Positions 42,901 to 57,900 of a stretch of DNA of 64,000 nucleotides are shown here, one piece after another (the first letter of the stretch is position 1; every line of letters begins with the position of its first letter). Under the pieces are notes generated by a model, which did not search any database, was not told where the DNA came from, and was given only the letters and a program-made list of their open reading frames with translations. The DNA comes from the human T2T-CHM13v2.0 reference genome, Homo sapiens, in assembly GCF_009914755.1 (NCBI RefSeq), contig NC_060933.1; one strand, 5' to 3'. Made by a program: the position numbers and the translations under genes.

Positions 42901-45900
42901 CCATTCCACTCCATTCCAGTCCTTTCCATTCCATTCCACTCAGGTTGATTCCAATGTATTCCTTTCCATTCCATTCCATTCCATTGCAATCAAGTTGATT
43001 CCATTGCTTTGCATTCCATTCCATTCCATTCCATTCCGGATGATTCCATTCCATTGCATTCCATTCCATTCCATTCCCCTGCACTCGGGTTGATTCCATT
43101 CCATTCCACTACATTCCGTTCCATTCCATTCCATTCCATTGTATTCGGGTTAATTCCATTCCATTCCATTCCATTCCATTCCATTCCATTCCTTTCCATT
43201 CCATTACAATCGTGTTGATTCCATTCCATTCCATTCCATTCCAGTCCTTTCCATTCCATTCCACTCGGGTTGATTCCATTCTATTAGTTTCCATTCCATT
43301 CCATTCCCTTCCATTCCACTCTGGTTGATTCCATTCCTTTCCATTCCACTCGAATACATTCCCTCCTATTCCACTCGGAACGATTCCATTCCATTCCATT
43401 CCATTCCATTCCATTCCATTCCATTCCATTTCATTCCATTCCATTCTATTCCGTATCATTCCATTCCAGTCCATTGCATTCCATTCCATTCCATTGCATT
43501 CCATTCCATTCCATTCCATTCCATTCCGTTGCATTCCATTCCATTACATTCGGATTGATTCTATTCAACTCCCTTACTCTCCATTACATTCCATTCCATT
43601 CGGGTTGTTCCATTCCATTCCATTCCATTCCACTCCATTCCATTGCACTCGGGTTGATTCCATTCCATTCCATTCCATTCCATTCCATTCCATTCCGGAT
43701 GATTCCATTCCATTGCATTCCGTTCCATTACATTCCCCTGCACTCGCGTTGATTCCGTTCCATTCCATTCCATTCCATTCAATTCCATTCCATTAGAATT
43801 CGTTCCATTCCATTCTATTCCGAACCATTCCATTCCATTCCATACCATTCCATTCCATTCCATACCATTCCATTCCGTTCCATTCCGTTCCATTCCATTC
43901 CATTCCATTCTATTCGGATTAAATCCATTCCATTCCATTCCATTCCATTCTATTCCATTCCATTGCAATCTAGTTGAATCCATTGCATTTCATTCCATTC
44001 CATTCCATTCCATTCCAGAAGATTCCATTCCATTGCATTCCATTCCATTCCATTCCCCTGCACTCGCGTTGATTCCATTCCATTCCATTCCATTCCATTC
44101 CGTTCCGTTCCATTCCATTCCATTCCATTCCATTCCATTCCATTCCATTCCATTCTATTCGGGTTAATTCCATTCCATTCCATTCGATTGCAATCGAGTT
44201 GATTCCATTCCATTCCATTCCATTCCATTCCATTCCATTCCATTCCTTTCCATTCCATTACGGATGATTCCTTTCCATCGCATTCCATTCCATTCCATTC
44301 CCCTGTACTCGGGTTGATTCCATTCCATTCCATTCCAATCCATGCCATTCCACTCGTGTTGATTCCATTCTTTCCATTCCATTCAAGTTGAATCCATTCC
44401 ATTGCATTCCATTCCATTCGATTCCATTCGATTGCACTCGGGTTGATTCCATTCCATCGCATTCCATTCCATTCCATTCCATTCCATTCCGTTCCATTCC
44501 ATTCCATTACATTCGGATTGATTCTATTCAATTCCCTTACACTCCATTACATTCCATTCCATTCGTGTAGTTTCCATTCCATTCGATTCCATTCCTCTCC
44601 ATTCCATTGCACTCGGGTTGATTCCATTCCATTGCATTCCATTCCATTCCATTCAATTCCATTCCGTTCCATTCCATTCCATTACATTCGGATTGATTCT
44701 ATTCAACTCCCTTACTCTCCATTACATTCCATTCCATTCGGGTTGTTCCATTCCATTCCATTCCATTCCACTCCATTCCATTGCACTCGGGTTGATTCCA
44801 TTCCATTCCATTCCATTCCATTCCATTACAATCGAGTTGATTCCATTCCATTCCATTCTATTCCATATCTTTCCATTCCATTCCACTCGGGTTGATTCCA
44901 TTCTATTAGTTTCCATTCCATTCCATTCCCTTCCATTCCACTCTGGTTGATTCCATTCCTTTCCATTCCACTCGAATACATTCCCTCCTATTCCACTCGG
45001 AACGATTCCATTCCATTCCATTCCATTCCATTCCATTCCATTCCATTCCATTCCATTCCATTTCGTTCCATTCCATTCTATTCCGTATCATTCCATTCCA
45101 TTCCATTCCATTCCATTCCATTCCATTCCATTGTACTCGGGTTGATTCCATTCCATTGCATTCCATTCCATTCCATTCCATTCCATTCCATTCCATTCCA
45201 TTCCATTCCATTCCATTCTGTTCCATTCCATTACATTCGGATTGATTCTTTTGAACTCCCTTACTCTCCATTACATTCCATTCCATTCGGATTGTTCCAT
45301 TCCATTCCATTCCATTCCACTCCATTCGATTGCACTCGGGTTGATTCCATTCCATTCCATTCCATTCCATTCCGGATGATTCCATTCCATTGCATTCCGT
45401 TCCATTACATTCCCCTGCACTCGGGTTGATTCCATTCCATTCCATTCCATTCCATTCGCTTCCATTCCATTCCCCTGCACTCGCGTTGATACCATTCCAT
45501 TCCATTCCATTCCATTCCATTCCTTTCCATTCCAGTCCTTTCCATTCCATTCCACTCAGGTTGATTCCATTCTATTAGTTTCCATTCCATTCCATTCCCT
45601 TCCATTCCACTCTGGTTGATTCCATTCCTTTCCATTCCACTCGAATACATTCCCTCCTATTCGACTCGGAACGATTCCATTCCATTCCATTCCATTCCAT
45701 TTCGTTCCATTCCATTCCATTCCGTATCATTCCATTCCATTCCATTCCATTCCATTCCATTCCATTCCATTCCATTCCATTCCATTTCGTTCCATTCCAT
45801 TCTATTCCGTATCATTCCATTCCATTCCATTCCATTCCATTCCATTCCATTCCATTCCATTTCGTTCCATTCCATTCTATTCCGTATCATTCCATTCCAT

Positions 45901-48900
45901 TCCATTCCATTCCATTCCATTCCATTCCATTCCATTGTACTCGGGTTGATTCCATTCCATTGCATTCCATTCCATTCCATTCCATTCCATTCCTTTCCGT
46001 TCCATTCCATTACATTCTGATTGATTCTTTTCAACTCCCTTACTCTCCATTACATTCCATTCCATTCGGATTTTTCCATTCCATTCCATTCCATTCCACT
46101 CCATTCCATTGCACTCGGGTTGATTCCATTCCATTCCATTCCATTCCATTCCGAATGATTCCATTCCATTGCATTCCGTTCCATTACATTCCCCTGCACT
46201 CGGGTTGATTCCATTCCATTCCATTCTATTCCACTCGATTCCATTCCATTCCCCTGCACTTGCGTTGATTCCATTCCATTCCATTCCATTCCATTCCATT
46301 CCATTGCATTCCTTTCCATTCCAGTCGTTTCCATTCCATTCCACTCAGGTTGATTCCATTCTATTAGTTTCCAATCCATTCCATTCCCTTCCATTCCACT
46401 CTGGTTGATTCCATTCCTTTCCATTCCACTCGAATACATTCCCTCCTATTCCACTCGGAACGATTCCATTCCATTCCATTCCATTCCATTCCATTCCATT
46501 CCACTCGTGTTGATTCCATTCCTTTCCATTCCATTCGGTTTGAAGGCATTCCATTCCATTCCGTTCCATTCCATTCCATTCCATTCCATTTCATTGTACT
46601 CGGGTTGATTCCATTCCATTGCATTCCATTCAATTCCATTCCATTCCATTCCATTCCATTCCATTCCATTCCATTCCGTTGCATTCCATTCCATTACATT
46701 CTTATTGATTCTATTCAACTCCCTTACTCTCCATTACATTCCATTCCATTCGGGTTGTTCCATTCCATTCCATTCCATTCCACTCCACTCCATTCCATTG
46801 CACTCGGGTTGATTCCATTCTATTGCATTGCATTCCATTCCATTCCGAATGATTCCATTCCATTGCATTCCGTTCCATTCCATTCCCCTGCACTCGCGTT
46901 GATTCCATTCCATTCCATTCCATTCCATTCCATTCCATTCCATTCCGTTCCATTCCGTTCCATTCCATTCCATTCCATTCTATTCGGGTTAATTCCATTC
47001 CATTCCATTCCATTCCATTCCATTCTATTCCATTCCATTGCAATCGAGTTGAATCCATTGCATTTCATTCCATTCCGTTCCATTCCATTCCATTCCGGAA
47101 GATTCCATTCCATTGCATTCCATTCCATTCCATTCCCCTGCACTCGCGTTGATTCCATTCCATTCCATTCCATTCCATTCCATTCCATTCCATTCCATTC
47201 CATTCCATTCCTTTCCGTTCCGTTCCGTTCCATTCCATTCCATTCCGTTCCGTTCCATTCCATTCCATTCCATTCTATTCGGGTTAATTCCATTCCATTC
47301 CATTCGATTGCAATCGAGTTGATTCCATTCCATTCCATTCCATTCCATTCCATTCCTTTCCATTCCATTACGGATGATTCCATTCCATTGCATTCCATTC
47401 CATTCCATTCCCCTGTACTCGGGTTGATTCCATTCCATTCCATTCCAATCCATGCCATTCCACTTGTGTTGATTCCATTCTTTCCATTCCATTCAAGTTG
47501 AATCCATTCCATTGCATTCCATTCCATTCGATTCCATTCGATTGCACTCGGGTTGATTCCATTCCATTGCATTCCATTCCATTCCATTCCATTCCGTTCC
47601 ATTCCATTTCATTACATTCAGGTTGATTCTATTCAATTCCCTTACACTCCATTATATTCATATCCATTCTGGCTTTTTCCATTCCATTCCATTCCATTTC
47701 ACTCCATTCCTTTGCACTCGGGATGATTCCATTCCATTCCATTCCATTGCATTCCATTCCATTCCATTCCGGATGATTCCATTCCAATGCATTCCTTTCC
47801 ATTCCATTCCCCTGCACTCGGGTTGATTCCATTCCATTCCATTCCATTACATTCCGTTCCATTCCATTCCATTACATTCGGATTGATTCTATTCAACTCC
47901 CTTACTCTCCATTACATTCCATTCCATTCGGGTTGTTCCATTCCATTCCATTCCATTCCACTCCATTCCATTGCATTCGGGTTGATTCCATTCCATTCCA
48001 TTCCATTCCATTCCATTCCATTCCGTTCCGTTCCGGAAGATTCCATTCCATTGCATTCCATTCCATTCCATTCCCCTGCACTCGCGTTGATTCCATTCCA
48101 TTCCATTCTATTCCATTCCATTCCCTTCCTTTCCGTTCCATTCCATTCTATTCCATTCCATTCCATTCCGTTCCGTTCCATTCCATTCAATACCATTCTA
48201 TTCGGGTTAATTCCATTCCATTCCATTCGATTGCAATCGAGTTCATTCCATTCCATTCCATTCCATTCCATTCCATTCCATTCTATTCCTTTCCATTCCA
48301 TTACGGATGATTCCATTCCATTGCATTCCATTCCATTCCATTCCCCTGTACTCGGGTTGATTCCATTCCATTGCATTCCAATCCATTTCATTCCATTCCA
48401 TTCCATTCCCTTCCATTCCACTCTGGTTGATTCCATTCCTTTCCTTTCCACTCGAATACATTCCCTCCTATTCCACTCGGAACGATTCCATTCCATTCCA
48501 TTCCATTCCCTTCCATTCCATTCCATTGCGGATGATTCCATTCCATTGCATTCCTTTCCATTACATTCCCCTGCACTCGCGTTGATTCCATTCCATTCCA
48601 TTCCATTCCATTCAATTCCATACCATTACAATTCGTTCCATTCCATTCTATTCCGTACCATTCCATTCCATTCCATACCATTCCATTCCATTCCATTCCG
48701 TTCCGTTCCGTTCCATTACATTCCATTCCATTCTATTCGAATTAATTCCATTCCATTCCATTCCATTCCATTCTATTCCATTCCATTGCAATCGAGTTGA
48801 ACCCATTGCATTTCATTCCATTCCATTCCATTCCATTCCATTGCGGAAGATTCCATTCCATTGCATTCCATTCCAATCCATTCCCCTGCACTCGAGTTGA

Positions 48901-51900
48901 TTCCATTCCATTCCATTCCATTCCATTCCATTCCGTTCCGTTCCATTCCATTCCATTCCATTCCATTCCATTCCATTCCATTCCGGAAGATTCCATTCCA
49001 TTGCATTCCATTCCAATCCATTCTCCTGCACTCGAGTTGATTCCATTCCATTCCATTCCATTCCATTCCATTCCGATCCGTTCCATTCCATTCCATTCCA
49101 TTCCATTCCATTCCATTCCATTACGTTCCGTTCCATTCCATTCCATTCCATTCTATTCGGGTTAATTCCATTCCATTCCATTCGATTGCAATCGAGTTGA
49201 TTCCATTCCATTCCATTCCATTCCATTCCATTCCATTCCATTCCGGAAGATTCCATTGCATTGCATTCCATTCCATTCCATTCCCCTGCACTCGCGTTGA
49301 TTCCATTCCATTCCATTCCATTCCATTCCATTCCGTTCCGTTCCATTCCATTCCATTCCATTCCATTCCATTCCGTTCCGTTCCATTCCATTCCATTCTA
49401 TTCTATTCGGGTTAATTCCATTTAATTCCATTCGATTGCAATCGAGTTGATTCCATTCCATTCCATTCCATTCCATTCCATTCCATTCCATTCCTTTCCA
49501 TTCCATTACGGTGATTCCATTCCATTGCATTCAATTCCATTCCATTCCCCTGTACTCGGGTTGATTCCATTCCATTCCATTCCAATCCATGCCATTCCAC
49601 TCGTGTTGATTCCATTCTTTCCATTCCATTCAAGTTGAATCCATTCCATTCTATTCCATTCCATTCGATTCCATTCGATTGCACTCGGGTTGATTCCATT
49701 CCATTGCATTCCATTCCATTCCATTCCATTCCAATCCATTCCGTTCCATTCGATTCCATTACATTCGGATTGATTCTATTCAATTCCCTTACACTCCATT
49801 ACATTCCATTCCATTCGGGTAGTTTCCATTCCATTCCATTCCATTCCTCTCCATTCCATTGCACTCGGGTTGATTCCATTCCATTGCATTCCATTCCATT
49901 CAATTCCATTCCGTTCCATTCCATTCCATTACATTCGTATTGATTCTATTCAACTCCCTTACTCTCCATTACATTCCATTCCATTCGGGTTGTTCCATTC
50001 CATTACATTCCATTGCACTCGGGTTGATTACATTCCATTCCATTCCATTCCATTCCATTCCATTCCATTCCATTCCATTCCGGAAGATTCCATTCCATTG
50101 CATTCCATTCCATTCCATTCCCCTGCACTCGCGTTGATTCCATTCCATTCCATTCCATTCCATTCCGTTCCGTTCCGTTCCATTCCATTCCATTCCATTC
50201 CATTCCATTCCATTCCATTCTATTCCGTTCCGTTCCATTCCATTCCATTCCATTCTATTCGGGTTAATTCCATTCCATTCCATTCGATTGCAATCGAGTT
50301 GATTCCATTCCATTCCATTCCATTCCATTCCATTCCTTTCCATTCCATTACGGATGATTCCATTCCATTGCATTCCATTCCATTCCATTCCCCTGCACTC
50401 GCGTTGATTCCATTCCATTCCATTCCATTCCATTCCGTTCCGTTCCGTTCCAGTCCATTCCATTCCATTCCATTCAATTCCATTCCGTTCCATTCCATTC
50501 CATTCCATTCGGATTGATTCTATTCAACTCCCTTACTCTCCATTACATTCCATTCCATTCAGGTTGTTCCATTCCATTCCATTCCATTCCACTCCATTCC
50601 ATTGCACTCGGGTTGATTCCATTCCATTCCATTCCATTCCATTCCATTCCATTCCATTCCGGAAGATTCCATTCCATTGCATTCCATTCCATTCCATTCC
50701 CCTGCACTCGCGTTGATTCCATTCCATTCCATTCTATTCCATTCCATTCCCTTCCTTTCCGTTCCATTCCATTCCATTCCATTCCATTCCATTCCATTCC
50801 ATTCCGTTCTGTTCCATTCCATTCCATTCCATTCCATTCTATTCGGGTTAATTCCATTCCATTCCATTCGATTCCAATCGAGTTGATTCCATTCCATTCC
50901 ATTCCATTCCATTCCATTCAATTCCATTCCTTTCCATTCCATTACGGATGATTCCATTCCATTGCATTCCATTCCATTCCATTCCCCTGTACTCGGGTTG
51001 ATTCCATTCCATTCCATTCCAATCCATGCCATTCCACTCGTGTTGATTCCATTCTTTCCATTCCATTCAAGTTGAATCCATTCCATTGCATTCTTTTCCA
51101 TTCGATTCCATTCGATTGCACTCGGGTTGATTCCATTCCATTGCATTCCATTCCATTCCAATACATTCCATTCCGTTGCATTCCATTCCATTACATTCGG
51201 ATTGATTCTATTAAACTCCCTTACTCTCCATTCCATTCCATTCCATTCGGGTTGTTCCATTCCATTCCATTCCATTCCACTCCATTCCATTGCACTCAGG
51301 TTGATTCCATACCATTCCATTCCATTCCATTCCATTCCGGATGATTCCATTCAATTGCATTCCGTTCCATCACATTCCCCTGCACTCGCGTTGATTCCAT
51401 TCCATTCCATTCCATTCCATTCCATTCCGTTTCATTCCTTTCCATTACATTCGGATTGATTCTATTCAATTCCCTTACACTCCATTACATTCCATTCCAT
51501 TTGGGTAGTTTCCATTCCATTCCATTCCATTCCTCTCCATTCCATTGAACTCGGGTTGATTCCATTCCATTGCATTCCATTCCATTCCATTCAATTCCAT
51601 TCCGTTCCATTCCATTCCATTACATTCGGATTGATTCTATTCAACTCCCTTACTCTCCATTACATTCCATTCCATTCGGGTTGTTCCATTCCATTCCATT
51701 CCATTCCACTCCATTCCATTGCACTCGGGTTGATTCCATTCCATTCCATTCCATTCCATTCCATTCCGTTCCATTCCGGAAGATTCTATTCCATTGCATT
51801 CCATTCCATTCCATTCCCCTGCACTTGCTTTGATTCCATTCCATTCCATTCCATTCCATTTCATTCCATTCCTTTCCGTTCCATTCCATTCCATTCCATT

Positions 51901-54900
51901 CCATTCCGTTCTGTTCCGTTCCATTCCATTCCATTCCATTCTATTCGGGTTAATTCCATTCCATTCCATTCGATTGCAATCGAGTTGATTCCATTCCATT
52001 CCATTCCATTCCATTCCTTTCCATTCCATTACGGATGATTCCATTCCATTGCATTCCATTCCATTCCATTCCCCTGTACTCGGGTTGATTCCATTCCATT
52101 CCATTCCATTCCATTCCATTCCGTTCCGTTCCATTCCATTCCATTCCATTCCATTCCATTCCGTTCCGTTCCATTCCATTCCATTCTATTCTATTCGGGT
52201 TAATTCCATTTAATTCCATTCGATTGCAATCGAGTTGATTCCATTCCATTCCATTCCATTCCATTCCATTCCATTCCATTCCATTCCTTTCCATTCCATT
52301 ACGGATGATTCCATTCCATTGCATTCAATTCCATTCCATTCCCCTGTACTCGGGTTGATTCCATTCCATTCCATTCCAATCCATGCCATTCCACTCGTGT
52401 TGATTCCGTTCTTTCCATTCCATTCAAGTTGAATCCATTCCATTCTATTCCATTCCATTCGATTCCATTCGATTGCACTCGGGTTGATTCCATTCCATTG
52501 CATTCCATTCCATTCCATTCCATTCCAATCCATTCCGTTCCATTCGATTCCATTACATTCGGATTGATTCTATTCAATTCCCTTACACTCCATTACATTC
52601 CATTCCATTCGGGTAGTTTCCATTCCATTCCATTCCATTCGTCTCCATTCCATTGCACTCGGGTTGATTCCATTCCATTGCATTCCATTCCATTCAATTC
52701 CATTCCGTTCCATTCCATTCCATTACATTCGGATTGATTCTATTCAACTCCCTTACTCTCCATTACATTCCATTCCATTCGGGTTGTTCCATTCCATTAC
52801 ATTCCATTGCACTCGGGTTGATTACATTCCATTCCATTCCATTCCATTCCATTCCATTCCATTCCATTCCATTCCGGAAGATTCCATTCCATTGCATTCC
52901 ATTCCATTCCATTCCCCTGCACTCGCGTTGATTCCATTCCATTCCATTCCATTCCATTCCGTTCCGTTCCGTTCCATTCCATTCCATTCCATTCCATTCC
53001 ATTCCATTCCATTCCGTTCCGTTCCATTCCATTCCATTCCATTCTATTCGGGTTAATTCCATTCCATTCCATTCGATTGCAATCGAGTTGATTCCATTCC
53101 ATTCCATTCCATTCCATTCCATTCCTTTCCATTCCATTACGGATGATTCCATTCCATTGCATTCCATTCCATTCCATTCCCCTGCACTCGCGTTGATTCC
53201 ATTCCATTCCATTCCATTCCATTCCGTTCCGTTCCGTTCCATTCCATTCCATTCCATTCCATTCAATTCCATTCCGTTCCATTCCATTCCATTCCATTCG
53301 GATTGATTCTATTCAACTCCCTTACTCTCCATTACATTCCATTCCATTCAGGTTGTTCCATTCCATTCCATTCCATTCCACTCCATTCCATTGCACTCGG
53401 GTTGATTCCATTCCATTCCATTCCATTCCATTCCATTCCATTCCATTCCGGAAGATTCCATTCCATTGCATTCCATTCCATTCCATTCCCCTGCACTCGC
53501 ATTGATTCCATTCCATTCCATTCTATTCCATTCCATTCCCTTCCTTTCCGTTCCATTCCATTCCATTCCATTCCATTCCATTCCATTCCATTCCGTTCTG
53601 TTCCATTCCATTCCATTCCATTCCATTCTATTCGGGTTAATTCCATTCCATTCCATTCGATTCCAATCGAGTTGATTCCATTCCATTCCATTCCATTCCA
53701 TTCCATTCAATTCCATTCCTTTCCATTCCATTACGGATGATTCCATTCCATTGCATTCCATTCCATTCCATTCCCCTGTACTCGGGTTGATTCCATTCCA
53801 TTCCATTCCAATCCATGCCATTCCACTCGTGTTGATTCCATTCTTTCCATTCCATTCAAGTTGAATCCATTCCATTGCATTCTTTTCCATTCGATTCCAT
53901 TCGATTGCACTCGGGTTGATTCCATTCCATTGCATTCCATTCCATTCCAATACATTCCATTCCGTTGCATTCCATTCCATTACATTCGGATTGATTCTAT
54001 TCAACTCCCTTACTCTCCATTCCATTCCATTCCATTCGGGTTGTTCCATTCCATTCCATTCCATTCCACTCCATTCCATTGCACTCAGGTTGATTCCATA
54101 CCATTCCATTCCATTCCATTCCATTCCGGATGATTCCATTCAATTGCATTCCGTTCCATCACATTCCCCTGCACTCGCGTTGATTCCATTCCATTCCATT
54201 CCATTCCATTCCATTCCATTCCGTTTCATTCCTTTCCATTACATTCGGATTGATTCTATTCAATTCCCTTACACTCCATTACATTCCATTCCATTTGGGT
54301 AGTTTCCATTCCATTCCATTCCATTCCTCTCCATTCCATTGAACTCGGGTTGATTCCATTCCATTGCATTCCATTCCATTCCATTCAATTCCATTCCGTT
54401 CCATTCCATTCCATTACATTCGGATTGATTCTATTCAACTCCCTTACTCTCCATTACATTCCATTCCATTCGGGTTGTTCCATTCCATTCCATTCCATTC
54501 CACTCCATTCCATTGCAATCGGGTTGATTCCATTCCATTCCATTCCATTCCATTCCATTCCGTTCCATTCCGGAAGATTCTATTCCATTGCATTCCATTC
54601 CATTCCATTCCCCTGCACTTGCTTTGATTCCATTCCATTCCATTCCATTCCATTTCATTCCATTCCTTTCCGTTCCATTCCATTCCATTCCATTCCATTC
54701 CGTTCTGTTCCGTTCCATTCCATTCCATTCCATTCTATTCGGGTTAATTCCATTCCATTCCATTCGATTGCAATCGAGTTGATTCCATTCCATTCCATTC
54801 CATTCCATTCCTTTCCATTCCATTACGGATGATTCCATTCCATTGCATTCCATTCCATTCCATTCCCCTGTACTCGGGTTGATTCCATTCCATTCCATTC

Positions 54901-57900
54901 CAATCCATGCCATTCCACTCGTGTTGATTCCATTCTTTCCATTCCATTCAAGTTGAATCCATTCCATTGCATTCCATTCCATTCCATTCCCCTGCAGTCG
55001 GGTTGTTTCCATTCCATTCCATTCCATTCCATTCCATTCCATTCCGTTCCGTTCCATTCCATTCCATTCCATTCTATTCTGGTTAATTCCATTCCATTCC
55101 ATTCCATTCCATTCCATTCCATTCCAATCGAGTTGATTCCATTCCATTCCCTTCCATTCCATTCCACTCCATTGCAGTCCTTTCCATTCCATTCCACTCG
55201 GGTTGATTCCAATGTATTCCTTTCCATTCCATTCCATTCCATTGCAATCGAGTTGATTCCATTGCTTTGCATTCCATTCCATTCCATTCCATTCCGGATG
55301 ATTCCATTCCATTGCATTCCATTCCATTCCATTCCCCTGCACTCGGGTTGATTCCATTCCATTCCACTCCATTCCGTTCCATTCCATTCCATTCCATTGT
55401 ATTCGGGTTAATTCCATTCCATTCCATTCCATTCTATTCCATTCCATTACAATCGAGTTGATCCCATTCCATTCCATTCCATTCCAGTCCTTTCCATTCC
55501 ATTCCACTCGGGTTGATTCCATTCTATTATTTTCCATTCCATTCCATTCCCTTCCATTCCACTCTGGTTGATTCCATTCCTTTCCATTCCACTCGAATAC
55601 ATTCCCTCCTATTCCACTCGGAACGATTCCATTCCATTCCATTCCATTCTATTCCATTCCATTCCATTCCATTCCATTCCATTCCATTCCTTTCCATTCC
55701 AGTCCTTTCCATTCCATTCCACTCGGGTTGATTCCATTCTATTAGTTTCCATTCCATTCCATTCCCTTCCATTCCACTCTGGTTGATTCCATTCCATTCC
55801 ATTCCATTCCATTCCATTCCATTCCATTCCATTTTGTTCCATTCCATTCTATTCCGTATCATTCCATTCCATTCCATTCCATTCCATTCCATTCCACTCG
55901 TGTTGATTCCATTCCTTTCCATTCCATTCGGTTTGAAGGCATTCCATTCCATTCCGTTCCATTCCATTCCATTTTATTCCATTCCATTTCATTGTACTCG
56001 GGTTGATTCCATTCCATTGCATTCCATTCCATTACATTCCATTCCATTCCGTTGCATTCCATTCCATTCCGTTTCATTCCATTCCATTACATTCGGATTG
56101 ATTCCATTCAATTCCCTTACACTCCATTACATTCCATTCCATTTGGGTAGTTTCCATTCCATTCCATTCCATTCCTCTCCATTCCATTGAACTCGGGTTG
56201 ATTCCATTCCATTGCATTCCATTCCATTCCATTCAATTCCATTCCGTTCCATTCCATTCCATTACATTCGGATTGATTCTATTCAACTCCCTTACTCTCC
56301 ATTACATTCCATGCCATTCGGGTTGTTCCATTCCATTCCATTCCATTCCACTCCATTCCATTGCACTCGGGTTGATTCCATTCCATTCCATTCCATTCCA
56401 TTCCATTCCATTCCGTTCCATTCCGGAAGATTCTATTCCATTGCATTCCATTCCATTCCATTCCCCTGCACTCGCTTTGATTCCATTCCATTCCATTCCA
56501 TTCCATTTCATTCCATTCCTTTCCGTTCCATTCCATTCCATTCCATTCCATTCCGTTCTGTTCCGTTCCATTCCATTCCATTCCATTCTATTCGGGTTAA
56601 TTCCATTCCATTCCATTCGATTGCAATCGAGTTGATTCCATTCCATTCCATTCCATTCCATTCCATTCCATTCCTTTCCATTCCATTACGGATGATTCCA
56701 TTCCATTGCATTCCATTCCATTCCATTCCCCTGTACTCGGGTTGATTCCATTCCATTCCATTCCAATCCATGCCATTCCACTCGTGTTGATTCCATTCTT
56801 TCCATTCCATTCAAGTTGAATCCATTCCATTGCATTCCATTCCATTCCATTCCCCTGCAGTCGGGTTGTTTCCATTCCATTCCATTCCATTCCATTCCAT
56901 TCCGTTCCGTTCCATTCCATTCCATTCCATTCTATTCGGGTTAATTCCATTCCATTCCATTCCATTCCATTCCATTCCATTCCAATCGAGTTGATTCCAT
57001 TCCATTCCCTTCCATTCCATTCCACTCCATTGCAGTCCTTTCCATTCCATTCCACTCGGGTTGATTCCAATGTATTCCTTTCCATTCCATTCCATTCCAT
57101 TGCAATCGAGTTGATTCCATTGCTTTGCATTCCATTCCATTCCATTCCATTCCGGATGATTCCATTCCATTGCATTCCATTCCATTCCATTCCCCTGCAC
57201 TCGGGTTGATTCCATTCCATTCCACTCCATTCCGTTCCATTCCATTCCATTCCATTGTATTCGGGTTAATTCCATTCCATTCCATTCCATTCTATTCCAT
57301 TCCATTACAATCGAGTTGATCCCATTCCATTCCATTCCATTCCAGTCCTTTCCATTCCATTCCACTCGGGTTGATTCCATTCTATTATTTTCCATTCCAT
57401 TCCATTCCCTTCCATTCCACTCTGGTTGATTCCATTCCTTTCCATTCCACTCGAATACATTCCCTCCTATTCCACTCGGAACGATTCCATTCCATTCCAT
57501 TCCATTCTATTCCATTCCATTCCATTCCATTCCATTCCATTCCTTTCCATTCCAGTCCTTTCCATTCCATTCCACTCGGGTTGATTCCATTCTATTAGTT
57601 TCCATTCCATTCCATTCCCTTCCATTCCACTCTGGTTGATTCCATTCCATTCCATTCCATTCCATTCCATTCCATTCCATTCCATTCCATTCCATTTTGT
57701 TCCATTCCATTCTATTCCGTATCATTCCATTCCATTCCATTCCATTCCATTCCACTCGTGTTGATTCCATTCCTTTCCATTCCATTCGGTTTGAAGGCAT
57801 TCCATTCCATTCCGTTCCATTCCATTCCATTTTATTCCATTCCATTTCATTGTACTCGGGTTGATTCCATTCCATTGCATTCCATTCCATTACATTCCAT